The notes beneath the pieces are model-generated. The model was given only the letters and a program-made list of their open reading frames with translations, did not search any database and was not told the DNA's origin. Shown here piece by piece: positions 1 to 5,601 of a stretch of DNA of 5,711 bases (position 1 is the first letter of the stretch; each line of letters opens with the position of its first letter). Source of the DNA: Adineta steineri (taxonomy: Eukaryota). Where the stretch lies: the NCBI GenBank assembly GCA_905250035.1, contig CAJNOE010000390.1, positions 62,389-68,099 of the forward strand. Reading direction: 5' to 3'. Made by a program: the position numbers and the translations under genes.

Positions 1-24
1 AATATTAATTTATAAGACATTATT

Positions 25-169
25 CTCTTTCTCGTAGAGAAGAGTCTAGTAATCATAAATTGATTGCTTGTGTGTCCGCAGGGTCAAAAAAACATCATAA
101 ACCGATTTTTCACGGTTTTCAACTGTTTTTCCAGTAAATGTGAAGAGAATGCCCTTCTACGAGAAAGAG
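25..169. repeat. Perfect 14-bp inverted repeat (arms 25..38 and 156..169) flanking 117 nt
   Basis: 25..38 is ctctttctcgtaga. 156..169 is tctacgagaaagag, its exact reverse complement. The match does not extend at either end. Confidence 0.85.
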
Positions 170-214
170 CTTGTTCATTAATAACTTGATGAATAGTAGA
201 GATTTCATTCATAG

Positions 215-1160
215 GATGATATTCGTAATGGAAATATAGCGAATACAGTAAAACCAATAAAAGCAATTGTAAATTTGGCTGGTGCACCTTTACTTAGTTT
301 TCAACGATGGACAGATGCATATAAAAATGAAGTTGTTCAAAGTCGAGTAGGAACAACAAAAGCATTTGTTGATTTTATTCGAGATTTAAAAGATGATAAG
401 CCAGATGTCTATATATCAATGTCTGGTGTTAGTAAGTTTTATTTTATAATAATATTTATTTTTGGTTTTTATAAATATTTACAAAGGTTATTATCAACCA
501 GATCCAGTTAAAGAATATACAGAAGAATCAGAAGGTGGTGATTATGATTTTCTATCACGATTAGCAAGAGATTGGGAACAAGCATCAGAACCAATCGAAA
601 CAAAATTTAATGTTAGAAGAGTTATTCTTCGTTCTGGTATGTTAATTCAATAATATTAATCGATAATATTTATAATATATAGGAGCAATACTTGGTTCTA
701 CTGGTGGAATGATTCGATCGATGTATTGGCCATTTTTCTTTAGTTTAGGAGGTAAAAAGAATAAATAAAAAGTTTATTGAATGAAATATGTAAAAATTTC
801 GTAGGTCCAATTGGTAATGGTCAACAACCATTTCCATGGATTCATCTTGATGATGTTTGTTTATTAATAATCTATGCTATACAAAATAATCATGTTAATG
901 GTATTTTAAATGCATGTGCACCACAGTTAATAACAAATAAAGAATTTTCAAAAACATTTGCTGCTGCATTTACTCCACCACGTTTAGCTATTTTTCCAAT
1001 GCCTGCATTTGTTATGAGAACTCTTCTTGGTCCTGAACGAGCAATTGTTGCAACAGATGGTCAAAAAGTCATTCCACGTGCAACATTACAATCTGGTTAT
1101 ACATTTAAATATCCAACTATGGAAGAAGCTAGTCAAGATCTATCTAAACTATATAGTTAA
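215..1160 (+). CDS. SDR39U1: Epimerase family protein SDR39U1 homologue (YfcH / NAD-dependent epimerase + DUF1731 family), 5'-partial, 4 exons in window
   Basis: Exons are 215..431 (5' boundary uncertain; acceptor AGs end at 214, 239 or 248, and the frame is open from 215), 487..636, 683..751 and 805..1160 (TAA at 1158-1160). Introns are 432..486 (55 nt), 637..682 (46 nt) and 752..804 (53 nt), all GT-AG and all phase 1. The total of 792 nt is divisible by 3. The joined product reads ..KAIVNLAGAPLLSFQRWTDAYKNEVVQSRV..VYISMSGVSYYQPD..GGDYDFLSRLARDWE..RVILRSGAILGSTGGMIRSMYWPFFFSLGGPIGNGQQPFPWIHLDDV..HVNGILNACAP..LLGPERAIVATDGQKVIPRATLQSGYTFKYP... It is colinear, from memory, with human SDR39U1 (..AAVNLAGENILNPLRRW.., [81 protein letters not shown]) and E. 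coli YfcH. The N-terminal Rossmann GxxGxxG exon(s) were not identified in the window. Confidence 0.88.
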
Positions 1161-1286
1161 TCAGATCAATAGCATGTTACTTAACGACAAAAATCTCTTT
1201 ATAATTAGATGAAAATATTAATCAAGCGATCTTTCTTACTCATTTATTCATATCTATAAATTGTAATACTTTTTTTTCTAAAAAAA

Positions 1287-1292
1287 AATAAA
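1287..1292 (+). terminator. Candidate polyadenylation signal AATAAA for the SDR39U1-like gene
   Basis: AATAAA on the + strand, 127 nt downstream of the TAA at 1158-1160. In AT-rich DNA this hexamer occurs by chance fairly often. Confidence 0.35.
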
Positions 1293-1631
1293 ATACTATC
1301 CTAAAAAATCTATTAACGATAAGTATCATCAAAACATAGTCGAATTGAGTTTCAATGATATAATTGATGCATATCACATAAATTCTCAAGTTTCACTATT
1401 CACCTTGAGAGTTAAAAGGATATGTATTTAAGTCATTTCTTACAATGTTGAATTTTTGCTTTATGTGACAAAAGTTCAAGTTTTTCGATACTATTTTATT
1501 TACATACTTCATTTCTACTGTGTTATTTCGCATGTGTATCTGAAGAGCATTTCTAATAAAAAATGATTCAGCTTTTTTTTTATTTCTATCGATTAAGAAA
1601 TATATACCCCAAAAAATAAAATATATACAAT

Positions 1632-1637
1632 TTTATT
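1632..1637 (-). terminator. Candidate polyadenylation signal (AATAAA on minus strand) for the TRAF/ZZ zinc-finger gene
   Basis: TTTATT on the + strand, read as AATAAA on the minus strand, about 16 nt downstream of the stop at 1653. A second copy lies at 1579..1584. Confidence 0.3.
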
Positions 1638-1652
1638 TGACAAAATACTGTT

Positions 1653-2521
1653 TTAATCTTCTCGACGGTTGGCTTCATTATTTCTTGATTCAGTTGTATC
1701 TTGTTGATATAAAAATGATGATCGTTGTCTCAATGCTAAAAGATCAAGATCAGTTTCATGATCATCATCTTCATCTATACTTTGAGTTAATAAATGAAGT
1801 AAACCACGTGGTAAACGTGCAGTATTTCGAAGACTTCTTCGTCTACTACGTTCTTGTTGTTTTTCTTTATCTTGACTTGCTAAACTTAATATTGGATCAT
1901 CAAGATTATATAATTGAAAAACAAAACAAGCAACACATTTATCAAAACCAGTATCTGTACATGAACAATGCCATGATTGACCATTGGAAAATGTATGTTG
2001 ACATATGTCACAATTAAAACCTGACGATGCATAAACTAAACCATTTTCACGTTTACGTTTTGTATGATCAGCTTCAATTAATTTATGTCCTTTTGGACAT
2101 GTAAATATCGATGATTTTCGTTCATTTAATGAAGAATTTTTCATTTGTATATCAATCATTTTTGGATAAATTACAGAGTATAATGCTGAAACAAGATCAT
2201 CATATTTATTCGATGCTTTTTTATAAGGTTCAACCGAAGTTTTATTTATATATGTTGAACCAAGTAAAGGTACTTCATCACAATGATATCGAGCAAGATG
2301 ACTAACAAGTTGTTGAGAATTATATTTTGTTAAATCATTCTATTCGAGAAAGAAAAATTATTTATCTGTTTCATTGAAATAATAAGATGAAATACTTTTT
2401 CACGACAAACATTATGTGGACAAGTAAATGTAGCATTTGAGCATCGATTAAGATGATTTTCATAATCATCCGGAGCAATATATTCCGAACAAATACATTT
2501 AATAGTTAAATGTTCGAGCAT
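1653..2521 (-). CDS. TRAF-type zinc finger plus ZZ-type zinc finger protein: the intact-ORF portion of a RING-TRAF-ZZ gene (2 exons from Met at 2521)
   Basis: Exons are 2396..2521 (the part of exon 2396..2664 downstream of the first Met after the in-frame stop) and 1653..2339 (TAA at 1653-1655). The intron 2340..2395 (56 nt, GTATTT..AATAG) is phase 0. The two exons total 813 nt, or 270 aa. Motifs: KCICSEYIAPDDYENHLNRC and CPHNVCREK|NDLTKYNSQQLVSHLARYHC have Cys/His spacing like TRAF/SIAH-type fingers. CDICQHTFSNGQSWHCSCTDTGFDKCVAC fits the ZZ pattern CDxC..G..W.C..C...FD.C..C. The C-terminal tail is acidic and Ser/Arg-rich. The exon 2/3 join was verified codon by codon with no stops. Confidence 0.7.
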
Positions 2522-2793
2522 TTCTTTATGTTTAGGAGATGATTTAAATGAAAATTCTTTTTCACGACATAATGGACAACCATTATAATATTAATTAAGA
2601 TCAGCATCTTTCGTACAAAATACTCGTTGACAACATGATGTTATTTGTGGATCTCCAGCAATACCTATTCGTATATTTTATATAATAATATAACAAATAA
2701 AAACGATGTCTTACACATGCATATTGGACATGTCAAATCTTGAGTATTCATTATATTTGTTTCTTGTATTGGTTCTGTACCATTAAGATGCAT
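2522..2793 (-). pseudogene. Degenerate RING-finger-encoding 5' segment of the same gene, interrupted by an in-frame TAA (2591..2593)
   Basis: ATG at 2793-2791 is the first ATG after an upstream in-frame TAA. Exon 1 is 2715..2793 (MHLNGTEPIQETNIMNTQDLTCPICM, phase 1, donor GTAAGA). The intron is 2665..2714 (50 nt, ends AATAG). Exon 2 starts at 2664 and reads C-IAGDPQITSCCQRVFCTKDADLN-TAA-YYNGCPLCREKEFSFKSSPKHKE, then continues in the same frame into MLEHL at 2521. The layout is RING-like (CPIC..x13..CC..FC....CPLC). The expected His ligand is absent (QR where G-H is typical), the C-x2-C pair reads C-TK-D, and a stop lies between the halves. Confidence 0.5.
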
Positions 2794-2862
2794 ATTTAAT
2801 TGTATATGTCTATATTATTGTACTGTTAGGAAGAACGAAATACTAATCACAAGGTCTATCGG

Positions 2863-2870
2863 TATAAATA
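2863..2870 (-). promoter_or_regulatory. TATA-like element upstream of the RING/TRAF/ZZ gene
   Basis: TATAAATA on the + strand (TATTTATA on the gene strand), 70-77 nt upstream of the ATG at 2793. It sits in the loop of a short inverted repeat (2851..2860 / 2875..2884). Confidence 0.3.
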
Positions 2871-3169
2871 TCGAGATAGACTTTGTACTTTACACGTGAG
2901 AGTAATATAAATGCATTAATATATATGTTTATATTTTAGTTTTTGTTTGCCTTGATCAACATTGTTTACTAACGGCAATTATTCAGTCAGCTGTTATATG
3001 GTAAATAAGACTCATTGGAGGAGTTTGTTTACCAGTCCTGAGTGTAATACAGGTGTCGCAATTTATCATCAATTAAGACATCTCTCTAGATAAACAACTA
3101 ATCTTATACTACTAGAGTTTATTTCTTCGAGTACGTATGATATTTAGAAAATAAATTTCAATGTGATCA

Positions 3170-3175
3170 TTTATT
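3170..3175 (-). terminator. Candidate polyadenylation signal (AATAAA on minus strand) for NtA-like paralogue 1
   Basis: TTTATT on the + strand, about 142 nt downstream of the stop at 3317. No nearer canonical hexamer was noticed. Confidence 0.25.
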
Positions 3176-3316
3176 CACTATTAATTTTGAGATTCATATA
3201 TATACACTTTCGAGAAAAGATCGACACAAGAGTGAGAACAAATATTTTGACACTAATACAAGAAACAAAAAACAAAAATTTCATTTTTCGATGAACAAAA
3301 ATAATATTTTGTTATT

Positions 3317-4088
3317 TTAATACAATCGAACAAAAACCGTCATTAAGATAAGAAGAATACTAATATTTAAACGATTGTCGCCATTCTTTGTATCAACATC
3401 AACTTGAATTGTACCAGATTTACTACGAATATCATCAGATCCATGATGATATTTACCTGAAATAAGTACTGATGAACTTGTTAATTCTAAATCAGTTTTC
3501 ATTGTTGTATGAATACATTTCGATCCTGTCGAAACAATTGGACATGCATCAGCAATTGATGCTGTTGATTGAAATGGAAGTAATTGATGAAGATTACATG
3601 TATTTGCTAATAATTCATTTGTGACATTATCTTGAAATTGTATTTCAACAAAATCTGTTGGAATAAAACTTTTTGAATCATTGAAGTGTAATGGATCTGG
3701 TTCAAGAAAAGTAATTACATGACCACGACCAACAGAAAAACTTTGACAATATGTTTTATTTTCTACTCGACCTTAAATGAAATATATACATGTTAATTTT
3801 AGTTAAAAATAAACAATCTATTTAGAACTTACCAGCTTTTGTAATATTAATAAGATGATTAATAACTGGTCCTTTTAAAATACAATCAACACGAAATTTA
3901 ACAAAAAATGTTGAATCACTTCCGTCATATAATTTTGTTTCAGTTGCTTTTCCATAAACCACAATCGATGAATTAGCTACTTTAGTTTCAAAATCAACAT
4001 TATCAACGGGACAATTTTCATCTAACATTGATTGAACATGACAAATAGAAAATATCGTAACAAGCAATATCGTATTGATACCAAACAT
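3317..4088 (-). CDS. Secreted agrin-NtA / TIMP-like (OB-fold) domain protein with C-terminal GPI-signal-like tail, paralogue 1 (236 aa, 2 exons)
   Basis: Exons are 3833..4088 and 3317..3771 (TAA at 3317-3319). The intron 3772..3832 (61 nt, GTAAGT..TTTAAG) is phase 1. The 711 nt total is divisible by 3, and exon 2 was checked codon by codon with no stops. N-terminal signal peptide: MFGINTILLVTIFSICHVQS. The core CPVDNVDFETKVANSSIVVYGKA..FFVKFRVDCILKG..INITKAG|RVENKTYCQSFSVGRGHVITFLEPDP..ELLANTC aligns from memory with agrin NtA (CPE..ANVVLTGTV..YSCKVRVWRYLKG..VVIGGFG..ICDN..GDTRIFFVNP..EVEHC). It has six Cys and several N-x-S/T sites. The C-terminus ..TKNGDNRLNISILLILMTVFVRLY has small residues, a short spacer and a terminal hydrophobic run. 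Confidence 0.8.
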
Positions 4089-4144
4089 TTTGCACTAAAG
4101 TAGACAAGATATAAGAAACAAATTAAACTGAATATTTGTATGTG

Positions 4145-4152
4145 TTTATATA
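4145..4152 (-). promoter_or_regulatory. TATA box (TATATAAA on minus strand) upstream of NtA-like paralogue 1
   Basis: The minus strand reads caaTATATAAAcaca. It lies 57-64 nt upstream of the ATG at 4088, a plausible core-promoter distance with a short 5'UTR. Confidence 0.4.
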
Positions 4153-4415
4153 TTGATAATGGAAATAAGAAAGAATGCACGTCCGATATGCCTTGTTTTT
4201 GTTCGTGAACAATATGGACGATGTGATATAGAAAGATATAAACGTTTGTTTTTCATTCTTTCCATGTAATAGATAGAACTAGTATCGTAATTCACTATTT
4301 GTCAATTTCGATAATCAGCTGACTGATATTTTTGTTTTGTCCATCATGTTGTGTTTAAGGGTTACTGTCAAATTTTCTTTTTCAGTATATAAATAAAGGT
4401 AGGATAAAAAAAACG

Positions 4416-4421
4416 TTTATT
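4416..4421 (-). terminator. Candidate polyadenylation signal (AATAAA on minus strand) for NtA-like paralogue 2
   Basis: TTTATT on the + strand, about 30 nt downstream of the stop at 4451. Confidence 0.35.
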
Positions 4422-4450
4422 ATATTAAATGTTAATCAAATACTGTTATT

Positions 4451-5381
4451 TTACAAAAAACGATGAAGAATAATACTACAGAAAATAAATTGAATAAAAA
4501 TAAGAGTAATAATTAATGGAATTTGATTTGCTTGATTTTTTCGTGTTTCATCATCAGAAAAAAGTGCTTTATGATTTTGACCTTGTAGAAAAGCAAGACT
4601 GAGATTTTGATGTTGATGTTGCGCTAGAAGAAGTGATAATGCATCGAAATCTATTGTACTTCTTGCAAATATCACAGAACTCATTGTTGTTGTTGTTGCA
4701 GTGGTCGTTGATAAGATTGTACTTATTGTTGATGTTTCCGCTATTGTTTTTGGTATTTCTACTCAAGAAAAAAAGAAATTTAAATTTCTTTTGTGAAGAA
4801 AAAAAGCAAACCTAATGGACAATCAATTGAAACAGCTGATGGACATTTATTAGTTATTGTAGCTTCAGTATCATTTGCTTCCGTAAAAGGATAAGTTCGT
4901 GAGAGACCACATGTTTTTGCAAGTAACGCATGTACTCGATTATCATATAGAATTTCTTCTAGATCAATTGGTCGATATGTTCCATCAAAAAATGGTTCAA
5001 GAAAAACAATATATTCTTGATTGACATCAAGTCTTTGACATGAATGACGTCCAAGAAGTGAACCTAAAATAAAGTAAATTTTACAATGAAGACGAAATAA
5101 TAATAATAATATGTACCTGCTTGAACAATTTGAATAATACGTTGAGTTGGTCGACCTTTTAAAATACATTGAACAAGAAATGTAACATTGAATAAATTTG
5201 GAATATTATAATCGATATTCTTATTTAATGAAGTTCCAATAAGAATGTATGGTGATTGTTGAACTTTAGTATTGAATGGAATCTCATCTTGATTAGAATG
5301 TTCATCACATTGTGAAGATGGTGTAAGATATATACTTAATAAAATAAGAATAAGATAGATGAATAAATGATGATTATGCAT
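4451..5381 (-). CDS. Secreted agrin-NtA / TIMP-like domain protein with Ser/Thr-rich stalk and C-terminal hydrophobic anchor, paralogue 2 (about 275 aa, 3 exons)
   Basis: Exons are 5117..5381, 4812..5063 and 4451..4761 (TAA at 4451-4453; an alternative acceptor gives a 4758 start). Introns are 5064..5116 (53 nt) and 4762..4811 (50 nt), both GT-AG and phase 1. The 828 nt total is divisible by 3. Signal peptide: MHNHHLFIYLILILLSIYLTPSSQ, followed directly by Cys. The core ..FNTKVQQSPYILIGTS..FNVTFLVQCILKG..IIQIVQAG|SLLGRHSCQRLDVNQEYIVFLEP..ALLAKTC.. has the same six Cys as 3317..4088. Then comes a stalk EIPKTIAETSTISTILSTTTATTTT.. and the tail ..NQANQIPLIITLIFIQFIFCSIILHRFL. The first intron sits at the same codon (AG|G) as in the paralogue. 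Confidence 0.78.
4684..4698 (-). repeat. (TTG)5 trinucleotide repeat, read as (ACA)n Thr codons on the coding strand
   Basis: ttgttgttgttgttg on the + strand. It encodes the TTTT run, and its last triplet overlaps the following Met codon, in the Ser/Thr-rich stalk of paralogue 2. Confidence 0.9.
5096..5110. repeat. (AAT)5 microsatellite inside intron 1 of NtA-like paralogue 2
   Basis: aataataataataat lies within intron 5064..5116. Confidence 0.9.
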
Positions 5382-5601
5382 TATGATTATCGCAATAGAA
5401 TGAACTGATCAAAATGAACGCTTTTTTTTATCGCATCATTTCTTTTTCTCTTTTATTCTCGTATCTCAAATTACTTCTTTTAGCTTTTTTTTCTTATAAT
5501 AAGTAGATCGAATAACTAAAGACGTGATTATGACAAACGAATGTTCAATAAGACTTCTTTTCATAGTAATATGAATGTTATGAGTGACTAAGTGACCTTT
5601 G

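Noticed and set aside
82-172. Candidate upstream SDR39U1 exons 82..133 (GQKNIINRFFTVFNCFS) or 135..172 (NVKRMPFYEKEL)
   Set aside because: Splice signals and phases can be made compatible. However, the two models exclude each other, neither aligns convincingly to the expected ..SR..G..I.W.. segment, and neither supplies the GxxGxxG motif. They are not reported as features.
84-287. A 67-aa minus-strand ORF (MHQPNLQLLLLV..KNRFMMFF) at the left edge
   Set aside because: Its 5' part is antisense to the well-supported SDR39U1-like exon (215..431). I recognise no family. Other long antisense shadow ORFs occur in this window, such as 1637..2017. An ORF of this length is expected about once by chance at this AT content. 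It remains slightly odd that it stays open across presumed intron sequence; see the finding on 1..248.
1027-1212. Plus-strand ORF of 61 aa overlapping the last SDR39U1-like exon in another frame
   Set aside because: The alternative frame 805..1160 has clear homology to SDR39U1/YfcH through to its C-terminus. This ORF is an out-of-frame overlap.
1381-1413. Hairpin-capable inverted repeat aattctcaag / cttgagagtt (10 bp with one G-T pair, 13-nt loop) in the convergent 3' intergenic region
   Set aside because: It is short and isolated, with no flanking conservation visible. Eukaryotic 3' ends here are more simply explained by the AATAAA hexamers. It is probably chance.
1637-2305. Plus-strand ORFs 1637..2017 (126 aa) and 2111..2305 (64 aa)
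   Set aside because: Both are antisense to exon 1653..2339 of the zinc-finger gene. Their products are low-complexity and rich in Tyr/Leu/Ile/Asn with no motifs. The minus frame carries conserved Cys/His finger patterns.
2591-2593. Reassigned genetic code (ciliate-type TAA=Gln) as an explanation for the in-frame TAA
   Set aside because: All four complete genes in the window terminate at TAA. For the SDR39U1-like gene, that TAA falls exactly where homologues end, and reading through it would add a long unrelated extension. Standard code is therefore assumed.
2794-3316. Search for tRNA or other small RNA genes, or a hidden ORF, in the largest intergenic region
   Set aside because: I could find no cloverleaf-compatible stems and no conserved box A/B-like spacing. 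All frames are broken by frequent stops.
2983-4326. Shared 11-mer TCAGTCAGCTG containing an E-box (CAGCTG), at 2983..2993 (+) and 4316..4326 (-). The sites lie about 190 and 230 nt upstream of two minus-strand genes
   Set aside because: A single shared 11-mer between two sites in a 5.7-kb window, counting both strands, is within chance expectation. The orientations relative to the genes differ, and no third copy lies upstream of paralogue 2.
4569-4815. ORFs 4569..4766 (minus, Asn-rich) and 4633..4815 (plus)
   Set aside because: They are out-of-frame or antisense overlaps of exon 3 and intron 2 of NtA-like paralogue 2. Only the 4451..4761 frame joins in phase to exon 2 and ends in the anchor-like tail shared with the paralogue.
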